A stretch of DNA of 49,260 nucleotides from a virus: IMG/VR virus record IMGVR_UViG_3300017963_000081, one strand, 5' to 3'. The notes under the pieces are model-generated. The model had not been told where the DNA came from, searched no databases, and worked only from the letters and a program-made list of their open reading frames with translations. Positions 41,104 through 49,260 of the stretch are shown piece after piece (positions within the stretch are counted from its first letter, which is position 1; every line of letters begins with the position of its first letter). The position numbers and the translations under genes were made by a program.

Positions 41104-43980
41104 ATGCCGAGACGTCCTTATTACATTCTTGCTGGATACAGAAGACGTCGCGTAACGGGGTTCTCTTGGACCAAGGTCACCAACCAGGTCATTCGCTACA
41201 ACCCATCGGACACGGACAATCCACCGGTAACGCGGACCAGTGCCAGTTTCGATGGGACGAACTGGTTGGCAGCGACTACGGCCAACTTTCGGTCAGCCGA
41301 TTCTAGTGGATCGATCTTCGGATGGGTGTACATTCCCGCAACGACGGCAACCCAGACCATCTTTTCAACCGCTGATACGGCCACAGCCAATTACTACCTG
41401 GCACTGAGTATCCTCGGGACCGGTGCGTTTCAGATCGACCAGAAGAACAATGACACTGCTGATCAAGTCGCAACGACCGACACGGGATACGATGATGGTG
41501 CATGGCACTTTGTTGAACTACGGTCGAGTGGTACGGCGTGGTCCATTCGCGTTGACAAGACGGATTTGACACTTGACACACCAGCCAGTGGGACCAACAG
41601 TGGCGATTGGTTTGCGGATACCACGGCGCGGGACAACGTAGTTCTCGGTGCGTTGGTTACAAGCTCTACCAGCCAAAACATGATTGGCCGGCTGGACCAC
41701 TTCTACATCACCAACACACCTCTGACGGACACCGAGCACGATTATCTAGCGGACAACAAATTAGGTTTTGACGACGCCGAAGCCTACCTTGGCTCTGGCC
41801 GAATCGTTTTCGCCCCGCCCCTGAACAACACGTCCCCTGGCGTCTGGCCGGACCTGTCCGCCAGCGAGTTACACCTGACCGAGTACGGGACTGCTAAGGG
41901 GGTGACGTTTGCTAGTGCGAGTAGTCAGTATGCTAGTAGTGACGCAACGCCGACTGGTGCTTATCCGATAGCAATGGGATGCAGTTTTAAAACTACGTCC
42001 TCACCAGATACTAGTACGCAAGGCTTGATATGGTTTGGCGACAAAGACTCAAGTGACGACTTTCAGGCTTTATTTCTTTTGGGTGGTACCGATGTGGTAG
42101 CACGATCCATTAGCAACTCTGATGCGGCCCGTGATGCCAGAAGTACAGGAATCAACCCTGATGATGGCGCGTGGCATGCCATTGGTGGGATTTTCACTAG
42201 CTCCAGTAGGACTGTTGTGGTTGAAGGGGATAGCGTTACCGAATCAACAGCACAAGCAATAGGTGTGACGTATGATAGATTATCCATTGCTATGTTCCGG
42301 GACGCAAGTCCGAACAATCCGTTCAATGGCACGTTAGATAATTGTTGGTTATATCAAGGTGGTACAGCGCTAACTGTGGCGCAGGTAAATTGGCTCCGCA
42401 CCGGCGGCCCCTCTGGCGGCCCTGCCACTTACCGCGATGTACAGACTTCCAACCACCCCGATAATCCGGGCATCTCCAATCTGCGGGCCTGGTACAAACT
42501 GAACGAATCAAGTGGAACCACGCTGGTCAACGTCCACAACCCAGGAACGTATGACCTAACCACTCAGAACAGCCCGACACTCGGTGCCACCGGCCACGTG
42601 ATCGACTACCCTGGCTGGGCAGACGGGACGGTGGAAGCGGATACGGAAGTGGAAGATCGGGCACTGAGGTTCAATGGGACGAATCAGTATGCTTCCAGAG
42701 CGGTAACCGGGTTTCGCAGCACGGATACAACGGGTTCATGGTCGTTTTGGTTTCAAGAGTCTAAAATTGGTACTGCAAACATTGCTTTGATCGGGTCCAG
42801 TGATGGCGGTACGGGAAACAACACAGTTGAAATATATCTTACTACTACGTCCAAATTGCAACTACTGTTGCGTACGGGTGGGGCGAATTTATCAGGAATT
42901 ATTTCCGACGCGACGTTCGTAAATAACACCCTACATCATGTAGTCGTTGTATCTAACGGCACGGACTACGACCTATACGTGAATGGGTCTCCAAGCACGT
43001 TCGCGGTAAACGTCGCTGACGACGGCAAATGGTATGCAGCCGTTGGTTCAAGGACCAATTTGACGTTTGCCTCAAGGGTGCGTTCATCGGCTCAAGATTA
43101 CATGACGGGTGTAATTGACGAGCCGATGTATTTTAATTCAGCGCTAAACACGGACGACGCATCAGAACTTTACAACGGCGGCGCTGGCGTTTTAGCCGCC
43201 GACCTGATCAGCGGTGCCGTATCACTCACCAGTGGCAAGAAACCCATCCACGCATGGCCTCTCAATTCCCGTAGTGCCGCAGGGGCTACCGCAGACATCG
43301 GCACCACAGGCGGTCTGACCCTAACGCTCAACAATTCCCCCACCGACGCCGCAGGCATCCCAGCGGGGCGAGTGATCGGGGGAAGCGTGTACAAACTGCC
43401 GGACCTGTCGGGCAACTCACGCAACGCATTGCAAACGGACATCACTAAGCGGCGGTGGCTGTCCTCGGAATCTGTGGGAACCGTGTTGTCCGGGGATACG
43501 GTTAGCAAGTATCTACAGACAGCATCGTTTACGGCAGTATCTCAGCCGACGACCGTAGTACTCGTGACCAAGGTAACAGCACCCACAACGGCCCAATCTA
43601 TGTTTGACGGAATTGCAGCGGCCAATGAGCACGGCGTGAGAACAAAAGTCACGACGGGGGTCATCCAAATTGACGGCGGAACCGAGGTAGACGGTACCGC
43701 AACCGTCGATGCGGCCACATGGACCATCTGGACGATCATCTTCAACGGTGCATCCAGTAAAATCTATAAGAACGGCGGGACACCGCAGACGGTCAACGCC
43801 GGGTCCGAGGGTATCACCGGTGCGACCATCGGGGCCTTGTACGATGGCACGCTGGCAATGGGCGGCAGCCACGGCGACATCATGGTCAAGGAAGGTGCGA
43901 TCAGTGTAGCCAATCACAATGCGATGGGACGGTATCTGGCCACCATCTACGGAATTACATGGAACACAGTGTCGGCATGA
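41104..43980 (+). CDS. Tail fibre protein with four LamG/concanavalin A-like lectin domains, 958 aa
   Basis: Four repeats of the pattern F(D/N)GTN.. / ...DDGAWH.. / ...L(Y)VNG (e.g. SFDGTNWLA...DDGAWHFVEL, RFNGTNQYAS...LHHVVVVSNGTDYDLYVNG). Confidence 0.7.
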   Translation: MPRRPYYILAGYRRRRVTGFSWTKVTNQVIRYNPSDTDNPPVTRTSASFDGTNWLAATTANFRSADSSGSIFGWVYIPATTATQTIFSTADTATANYYLALSILGTGAFQIDQKNNDTADQVATTDTGYDDGAWHFVELRSSGTAWSIRVDKTDLTLDTPASGTNSGDWFADTTARDNVVLGALVTSSTSQNMIGRLDHFYITNTPLTDTEHDYLADNKLGFDDAEAYLGSGRIVFAPPLNNTSPGVWPDLSASELHLTEYGTAKGVTFASASSQYASSDATPTGAYPIAMGCSFKTTSSPDTSTQGLIWFGDKDSSDDFQALFLLGGTDVVARSISNSDAARDARSTGINPDDGAWHAIGGIFTSSSRTVVVEGDSVTESTAQAIGVTYDRLSIAMFRDASPNNPFNGTLDNCWLYQGGTALTVAQVNWLRTGGPSGGPATYRDVQTSNHPDNPGISNLRAWYKLNESSGTTLVNVHNPGTYDLTTQNSPTLGATGHVIDYPGWADGTVEADTEVEDRALRFNGTNQYASRAVTGFRSTDTTGSWSFWFQESKIGTANIALIGSSDGGTGNNTVEIYLTTTSKLQLLLRTGGANLSGIISDATFVNNTLHHVVVVSNGTDYDLYVNGSPSTFAVNVADDGKWYAAVGSRTNLTFASRVRSSAQDYMTGVIDEPMYFNSALNTDDASELYNGGAGVLAADLISGAVSLTSGKKPIHAWPLNSRSAAGATADIGTTGGLTLTLNNSPTDAAGIPAGRVIGGSVYKLPDLSGNSRNALQTDITKRRWLSSESVGTVLSGDTVSKYLQTASFTAVSQPTTVVLVTKVTAPTTAQSMFDGIAAANEHGVRTKVTTGVIQIDGGTEVDGTATVDAATWTIWTIIFNGASSKIYKNGGTPQTVNAGSEGITGATIGALYDGTLAMGGSHGDIMVKEGAISVANHNAMGRYLATIYGITWNTVSA

Positions 43981-44723
43981 GTGTAAAACAGCAATACGTA
44001 GCGGCAGTCAGTAACGCAGACGTTGACGACCTACGCACCGCACTGGCAGCAGTCAGCGGCGATTGGGCCGCGTATCTATTCCGCGAGGCAGTGATCCGGG
44101 ACGACGATCCGGATGACCTGGACCCGCCGCGAGGTTGGGCTGTGGTAACGCCGAGGACGTGGCAGCAGCGAGAGCTAGAGCTGTTCAAGCAAACCGTTCA
44201 GGCGGTCAATCCTGGCTCGCTACAGTACCGGCAAGTACCGGCCAAACTATTTGACGAGGACTTGGCCGAGGATCAGACACTAGACGCATGGTTTGCGACG
44301 AACGGTTTTCGGCGGCGTGGCGTGGTCATGGTGTCGGTAGGGCACGCATCGGCAGATGGCACTGAGGATGCTCAGGACACGACCACCAGCTACATTTTGG
44401 TCAACCAGTGGACGACACTGGACCGCATGGTGCAGATGAGTCGCAGCGGGCAACGCTTTGAGTTAAACCTCGGCGGAACGTACCGGTTGTCGGTATCCCT
44501 GGAATTCGAAGCGGTACAGGGGACGCTGTTTGGTTTCAGGGCGGTGCGGAATGCGGGTGTGGTAGGTGATGAATTGGTCAGCGGTGACGGTGAAGCGGTG
44601 GGCAGCATCGAAGGTACTCTGTCTGCAGGTGATCTCATCGGGTTGGCTGTACGAAGCAGTCAGGCGGCATCCTTCAAATTGCTGGCCGGATCGGAAATAC
44701 GATTGAAGAGGATTGCGTCATGA
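43977..44723 (+). CDS. Fibre-associated protein with a possible C1q/TNF-like jelly-roll C-terminus, 248 aa
   Basis: ATGA overlap with the fibre gene. C-terminus GTYRLSVSLEFEAVQGTLFGFRAVRNAGVVGDELV...LSAGDLIGLAVRSS...GSEIRLKRI. Confidence 0.45.
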   Translation: MSVKQQYVAAVSNADVDDLRTALAAVSGDWAAYLFREAVIRDDDPDDLDPPRGWAVVTPRTWQQRELELFKQTVQAVNPGSLQYRQVPAKLFDEDLAEDQTLDAWFATNGFRRRGVVMVSVGHASADGTEDAQDTTTSYILVNQWTTLDRMVQMSRSGQRFELNLGGTYRLSVSLEFEAVQGTLFGFRAVRNAGVVGDELVSGDGEAVGSIEGTLSAGDLIGLAVRSSQAASFKLLAGSEIRLKRIAS

Positions 44724-46540
44724 CAACATATCGCCTCAATTCTGGTCAGCCGTTGCAACCGATGCTGGACAACCTGCGAGGTGGTGACGTTCTTGAGCTT
44801 GAGGCCGGGGCGGTGTGGTCTGGCGGATTCCTGTTACCGCAGAACCGCACCACACAGCCGATCACGATTCGCACCACGTACACCGGATGGGAATCCAGCG
44901 TGCGTGTCGGGCCGGCAGACGCACCGAAAATGGCAACGCTGGAAGTACCTGGTTCGTCACCAGTTCTGCGAGCGCAGGCAAACTCTCACGGTTTTGTTCT
45001 GGAAGGGCTGGAACTTCGAGTAGCTGCGGACTACACGAACATGCAGTACAACCTGCTATCGTGGGGTTATCACCGAGACGCCAATACACAGATCAGTGTT
45101 CTTGAAGAACTGCCAGCCAATATCATCATCAAGCATTGCTATGTACACGGGCACGCGACCAGTAGCAGTCGAAGAGGTACGGTATTGAACTGCAACGGCG
45201 CGACGGTCGAAGACTGTTACTTCGCGGACTTCCATCAAGCTGGATTCGACTCGCAAGCTATCGGCTGCTGGAATAGTCCAGGAAACCTTGTCATCCGCAA
45301 CTGCTACTTGGAAGGTGCTGGAGAGAATGTATTGTTCGGTGGTGGTGGTGCTGGACTCGGCGCTGAAGGCAATCCGGACGGTATTCTGATCGAACGGTGC
45401 CACTTCCGAAAACCCTTGCACTGGTTCAAGTGCGAGGCTGAATGGGACGGACGCGAGCCTCTATGGACGATCAAGAACCTACTAGAATTCAAAGTAGGGT
45501 CGAATATCGTTGTGCGCAGTAACGTGCTGGAAAACAACTGGGCACACGCGCAGCATGGGCAGGCTATTGTCATCACGCCGCGAGAAGGACCAATAGGCGA
45601 CATTTTGATCGAGGACAACATCATCCTACACAGCGCAGCCGTTGCAGCGATTGCAGACACGGGTCCTGGCATCGGTAATGTCACTTGGCGAAACAACTTG
45701 GTGTATGACATCCGACGAGGACAAACAAACAATGGTACGAGCCGAGGACAAAACTACAGTTTCAATATAGCTGGACGAAGAGACGGGACTCGGATACCGT
45801 CCGTGGCGATGGTCGGCAACACGTTTGCCCACGGTTGGGAAAACGCAAATCTTATGGGCACAAACCCATCGGAAAATCACTCACAAGGCTTTATTAACTT
45901 CACTCGCAATTCGGTTGCGCAGTTTACATGTCGGGATAACATTATCGCGTTGGGAAACTACGGCCTGATGCTGGATGCTGGCGGTGGTGGCGTAGCGGCG
46001 TTGGACGGGGGATGTGACGAGTACAACTACGGCCACAACGTGACAATCGCGGAAAATCCGCAGTCATCGTACCCGGCAATCAACGATGACATTGCACTAC
46101 CGATAACGACACCGTTGGCGGAAGTGTTTCAGGAACCCGAAGTGTGGAACATGCGACCCGTGCAGCAGTACGCCGGATACGGATGCAATGCGGATCGGCT
46201 CTACAATCTTGCAGAACAAGTCAGACTAGGAAAATTCGACATGCCACAAGCGACATACAGGTGCACCGCGACTTGGACACCAGGCACCGGCGCGGACGCT
46301 CAGTTGATTCAATGGTTTATAGATTCTGTCATGATCCACAATATGAGTTTGGATGCCGGTGCAACTCAAGACATTCGGCAAATCCCGGCAGATCCGGGAC
46401 AGGTGATCCGAGTTCAAGTCGCCGGCGAAAACCAGCACGGGGCGGCAGAGTGGCGGACTGTATCCGTTACTGTGCCCAACAACGGAACGCCGCCGACGCC
46501 AGTCAGCGGTTTAACATTATCTATCGAGAAGATCACCTAA
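44720..46540 (+). CDS. Right-handed beta-helix (pectate-lyase-fold) depolymerase candidate with a C-terminal Ig/FN3-like module, 606 aa
   Basis: NLVIRNCYLEGAGENVLFGGGG, ILIERCHF, IVVRSNVLENN, ILIEDNIILH and VTWRNNLVYD repeats. C-terminal 96 aa are homologous to the peptidase C-terminus. Confidence 0.65.
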   Translation: MTTYRLNSGQPLQPMLDNLRGGDVLELEAGAVWSGGFLLPQNRTTQPITIRTTYTGWESSVRVGPADAPKMATLEVPGSSPVLRAQANSHGFVLEGLELRVAADYTNMQYNLLSWGYHRDANTQISVLEELPANIIIKHCYVHGHATSSSRRGTVLNCNGATVEDCYFADFHQAGFDSQAIGCWNSPGNLVIRNCYLEGAGENVLFGGGGAGLGAEGNPDGILIERCHFRKPLHWFKCEAEWDGREPLWTIKNLLEFKVGSNIVVRSNVLENNWAHAQHGQAIVITPREGPIGDILIEDNIILHSAAVAAIADTGPGIGNVTWRNNLVYDIRRGQTNNGTSRGQNYSFNIAGRRDGTRIPSVAMVGNTFAHGWENANLMGTNPSENHSQGFINFTRNSVAQFTCRDNIIALGNYGLMLDAGGGGVAALDGGCDEYNYGHNVTIAENPQSSYPAINDDIALPITTPLAEVFQEPEVWNMRPVQQYAGYGCNADRLYNLAEQVRLGKFDMPQATYRCTATWTPGTGADAQLIQWFIDSVMIHNMSLDAGATQDIRQIPADPGQVIRVQVAGENQHGAAEWRTVSVTVPNNGTPPTPVSGLTLSIEKIT

Positions 46541-46550
46541 AGGACGAACC

Positions 46551-46955
46551 ATGCAAACCGTCAAGGCACGATTTCGGGGCCAAAACCCAGACGACCGATC
46601 CCTTACCATTCCTGCCGGCGAGCCGGTTCGGATTGAACTGTGGTCCGAGGCACACTATTACGGGCCGAAGATTGACTCGTACGACGGATTGTTACCAGAC
46701 GCGGAGGATCCCCACGCCGGCCCACAACCCAACAAGGATCGACCTGGTACGCTGAAGATTACGGAACACGGATTGCTTGGTGATGGGGACGGTGTATGGC
46801 TGGTCGCGCAGATGGATGAGCCAGACGCCGTGGCCATTTTGCAGGTCTACTGTCATTCCATTTACCCGCACCCGTTTGCCGACGATCAAACAAAGTACAT
46901 GCAAGCCAAGTTGGCGTTGCTTGTTTCAACGAGAACCGATTTTGAATTGCTTTAA
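46551..46955 (+). CDS. Hypothetical protein, 134 aa
   Basis: ORF track; tight spacing in the structural run. Confidence 0.5.
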   Translation: MQTVKARFRGQNPDDRSLTIPAGEPVRIELWSEAHYYGPKIDSYDGLLPDAEDPHAGPQPNKDRPGTLKITEHGLLGDGDGVWLVAQMDEPDAVAILQVYCHSIYPHPFADDQTKYMQAKLALLVSTRTDFELL

Positions 46956-46966
46956 GAGAGCTTGCT

Positions 46967-47323
46967 ATGGGCCACTTACTCGGCGAGCTTCGCGTCAACG
47001 ATGACAACCTTCTTCACAAAGGAGAAGACAACGCGGTCCAACTGCGCGGGCTTCGCAACACTGACGACCCCGCAACGTTCGTTGACGACGGGACGTTAAC
47101 GTTCACATTGAAGGACATGGACGGCGATGCTGTCTCGGGAGCTGAAAACATCAGCATGACATACGAGACAGACTCCGATGGAGTATACGTTGGCCTTGTT
47201 CAGCAAAGCGTCAGCTTGACAATACACACTCACTATTTCTTGGAGGTTTCTATGTCGGACGGGACCGATACCGGTTTCCGCCGACGACGACTTTGGTGTA
47301 ATTATCACCGGTCCCGCCCCTAG
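46967..47323 (+). CDS. Hypothetical protein, 118 aa
   Basis: ORF track. The TAG stop abuts motif copy 10. Confidence 0.5.
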   Translation: MGHLLGELRVNDDNLLHKGEDNAVQLRGLRNTDDPATFVDDGTLTFTLKDMDGDAVSGAENISMTYETDSDGVYVGLVQQSVSLTIHTHYFLEVSMSDGTDTGFRRRRLWCNYHRSRP

Positions 47324-47389
47324 ATTTTCTCTCCAGAGATCCCGACGGGAACCCCAAAATTTAGTGTACGTTTGTATACTGGAGAAAAG
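47324..47389 (+). promoter_or_regulatory. Conserved intergenic module, copy 10
   Basis: aTTTTCTCTCCAGagaTCCCgacGGGAacCCCAAAATttagtgtacgtttgtatactggagaaaagATG. Confidence 0.8.
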
Positions 47390-47866
47390 ATGGTAGAGTC
47401 ACTTTCCTATACGTACACGTCGCAGTCGGAGATGGAATCCATCTTCTCCGCCGTTGCTGTCATGCTTCGTTCCGACGATCCGAACGACGCGGAGTCTGAT
47501 CCTACGGATATTTTGACGGACGTTGTAGAAGAGGCAACCGACATCTGCAACGAGTATCTTCTCCCTCGATACGAAGCGTCGATTTTGAATGAGAGTAAGT
47601 GGGTTCGCCGTCGTTGTTCGTACATTGCGTGCAAACTGCTTTCGGAGCGGCGCGGAAACGCTGGACAGTTCACCAGCCGATACGAGGAAATCATCCGATC
47701 TTTCGAGCGGGTCCGAAAGGGTCAGATGCAAATCCCACGACAAGCGACGCGAAGCAATTACCAGCCGAAGCATTCCAACATTGTTGTTGACGACCGGGTC
47801 TACCCAACAGAGGACAAGTTGCAAGACGTCGAAGACTTGGAAACAAGATATCGTTGGCCTTACTAA
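47390..47866 (+). CDS. Head-tail connector/adaptor candidate (gp6-like), 158 aa
   Basis: ATG 47390 follows a GGAGAA RBS. Helical, acidic N-terminus (DILTDVVEEATDICNEYLLPRY). First gene of the neck run. Confidence 0.45.
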   Translation: MVESLSYTYTSQSEMESIFSAVAVMLRSDDPNDAESDPTDILTDVVEEATDICNEYLLPRYEASILNESKWVRRRCSYIACKLLSERRGNAGQFTSRYEEIIRSFERVRKGQMQIPRQATRSNYQPKHSNIVVDDRVYPTEDKLQDVEDLETRYRWPY

Positions 47867-48594
47867 TGCCCGATTACACAGTAACCGCGAGAAATCCAAA
47901 CTTCCGAAGGTTGCTTCGCAGTCTGCCGGCGATTTTGTCGGGTGATGCTCCCGATCCGAAGGGGCTTCGCCGGTCCTTTCTCGCTGCGCTGTTATACAAT
48001 GCGTTCAAACGGACGCATGAAGCGTATTTGACGAAAGCGGACGGTGGAGCCGACGAGTACGGTGAATCGTGGGATCCGCTATCCCCGAAAACCATCGCAT
48101 CCCGTCCGATCACTCAGCAAGATCAAAGACAGTACGGAGTACGGAAGGGTCAGCGAGGGCTACTAACCGCGGAACAAAACCGTAGGTGGAAAGGTATCTT
48201 TGCATCTGTCTATTTTCGAGAGCTTACGTCAGGGACTCTGGAGAAAGAAGCTAAAGCCGTCGCGGGTCGCATAGCGTGGGCAATCCTCAAATCGCAGGGT
48301 GCGAAAACCCGGATCGGAACCCTATCGAAACGCGACGTCCCGATTATGATCGACAAGGGACGGTTGGAAAGGTCCTTCCGACCCGGAGCGTTGACGAAGA
48401 ACGCCTACCGCCGATACAACCGGGACCAGGTTGCAGAGATTCGCGAGCGCAGCATCCGTTTCGGTTCCAGCGTCCCGTATGCAAAGCGAGCCGCCAAGAA
48501 GCGTCCTGTCATCCCAACTGCGAAGCAGTTTCGGGTTGATATTTTGCGAGACGCTCGTGACAGGTTGATTGACCGACTTCGCGAAGAGGTGTGA
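47866..48594 (+). CDS. Virion morphogenesis / head-tail joining candidate, 242 aa
   Basis: TAATG overlap with the upstream gene. C-terminal FGSSVPYAKRAAKKRPVIP resembles the HK97 gp10 / Mu gpG-type ending. Confidence 0.45.
   Translation: MPDYTVTARNPNFRRLLRSLPAILSGDAPDPKGLRRSFLAALLYNAFKRTHEAYLTKADGGADEYGESWDPLSPKTIASRPITQQDQRQYGVRKGQRGLLTAEQNRRWKGIFASVYFRELTSGTLEKEAKAVAGRIAWAILKSQGAKTRIGTLSKRDVPIMIDKGRLERSFRPGALTKNAYRRYNRDQVAEIRERSIRFGSSVPYAKRAAKKRPVIPTAKQFRVDILRDARDRLIDRLREEV
48193..48252 (-). promoter_or_regulatory. Degenerate but long copy of the conserved module on the minus strand, antisense inside CDS 47866..48594
   Basis: The minus strand reads TAGcTTCTTTCTCCAGAGTCCCtGACGtaagctcTCGAAAATAGACAGaTGcaaag. 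By eye about 45 of 58 positions match copy 1. Confidence 0.55.
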
Positions 48595-48595
48595 C

Positions 48596-49162
48596 ATGTT
48601 CTCCGCTTTCCTATCCGCCGTCCGCAATCGTCTGTTGGAAGAGGTCGGAGATTTGAATGAAGACAACTGCGAGCTGCGGATTCGCGGGATGCCGCCGCCG
48701 TGGGCTGGAGAAGAATACGTCGGGTTGTACGCTACGGGCTGGGAGCCGGGCGAGCTGTCGCGAATCTCTGATAGGGCAATTGATGAGATTTACAGCTTTG
48801 CTGTTACGATTACCCGGCGTATCGGTTTTTCTCCAGGGGACCGACGGAGCGGCGAAATTTACTACATCGTCTCCGATGGGATGGAAGCTCGCGCGAGACA
48901 AATCACTGCCGCAATCCTGAAAAAGCGGCTCGAAATATGCGGCGACGCAAACACACGACTTCAGCAAATCACCGAACGGGGTACAATAACCAACGGGCTA
49001 TTTGTTGAACCCCTCCGCTGGCAGGGAACGGACGCGGAACCCCGCGAGGTGGGTCCGGAGTGGTTTTCCGCAAACCCCGACGATAACAGGGCTTACGGCT
49101 TTGCTCTTGATATTCGATTCGGAGACATCCGTAGGATTCACAACGTAAGTTCGATGGAGTAA
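48596..49162 (+). CDS. Neck/tail completion candidate, 188 aa
   Basis: ATG 48596 lies 2 nt after the upstream TGA. Last gene before the circular junction. Confidence 0.45.
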   Translation: MFSAFLSAVRNRLLEEVGDLNEDNCELRIRGMPPPWAGEEYVGLYATGWEPGELSRISDRAIDEIYSFAVTITRRIGFSPGDRRSGEIYYIVSDGMEARARQITAAILKKRLEICGDANTRLQQITERGTITNGLFVEPLRWQGTDAEPREVGPEWFSANPDDNRAYGFALDIRFGDIRRIHNVSSME

Positions 49163-49260
49163 AGGTCATGTCATTTCTTGCAGGCCCTTTTGAGTTGTAC
49201 CTCAGTCCGTACGCGGGCGCAACGCCGGGGCAAAGTGCGGTCCCGTTGGGAAAGACGCGA
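49138..49260. repeat. Terminal direct repeat, right copy. Includes a truncated duplicate (49168..49260) of the CDS starting at 31.
   Basis: Exact 123-nt identity to 1..123, read directly. Confidence 0.97.

Noticed and set aside
47324-47392. Idea that the CUCUCC core sequesters the downstream Shine-Dalgarno
   Set aside because: Only copy 10 has a 7-bp complement (CTGGAGA) at its RBS. The other copies have RBSs that do not pair with their own box, so this is not a general property of the module.
1-49260. Stop-codon reassignment, CRISPR arrays, integrase/attP and phage RNA polymerase
   Set aside because: TAA, TAG and TGA all terminate well-supported genes. No regularly spaced direct repeats were seen. 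No R-H-R-Y or serine recombinase signatures, and no single-subunit or two-barrel (DxDGD) RNAP signatures, were seen in any ORF.

Overview
The window is a complete tailed dsDNA phage genome. The first 123 bp recur exactly at 49138..49260, which gives a unit length of 49,137 bp. The repeat cuts through coding sequence, so a circular or circularly permuted assembly is more likely than a packaged terminal repeat. All calls come from reading the ORF translations and the DNA by eye; no searches or alignments were run.

Layout:
- Neck, tail and virion proteins: 47.4 kb, across the junction, to 5.4 kb.
- A 1035-aa fibre/spike gene with a sulfotransferase and a papain-like peptidase: 6.0-11.2 kb.
- A minus-strand early block, 11.4-16.8 kb: an intein-containing UvrD-like helicase, small proteins, an exonuclease and an ERCC4 nuclease.
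- A plus-strand replication and recombination block, 17.2-28.7 kb: two DNA glycosylase-like genes, a PD-(D/E)XK nuclease, ERF, a DUF669-like protein, family A DNA polymerase, primase-helicase and a ParB/DUF4417 fusion.
- terS and terL: 28.7-31.0 kb.
- A 6-kb bidirectional cargo island, 31.1-37.0 kb: a secreted dockerin protein, beta-helix proteins, two glycosyltransferase-like genes and a methyltransferase.
- Head genes, 37.1-41.0 kb: protease/scaffold candidate, decoration-like protein and lambda gpE-like capsid.
- Fibre and depolymerase genes: 41.1-46.5 kb.

I did not recognise an integrase, RNA polymerase, sigma factor, tRNA or CRISPR array. A DUF1580-type HTH, dockerin repeats and the sulfotransferase point by inference to a Planctomycetota host.

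The most unusual signal is a conserved 55-60 nt module: TTTTCTCTCCAG, a short GC hairpin, an A-run, then a GACA/TGTC palindrome. It has ten intergenic copies, all on the + strand, and two degenerate copies antisense inside CDSs. The hairpin shows compensatory changes, and small Arg/Lys-rich ORFs lie close by.

Other notable points:
- A 154/155-nt inverted duplication carrying near-consensus sigma70 promoters flanks a 3-gene cassette.
- An intein splits helicase motif III.
- At least eight tiny protamine-like ORFs are present, and many replication proteins carry K/R-rich tails.
- A peptidase and a depolymerase share a C-terminal module.
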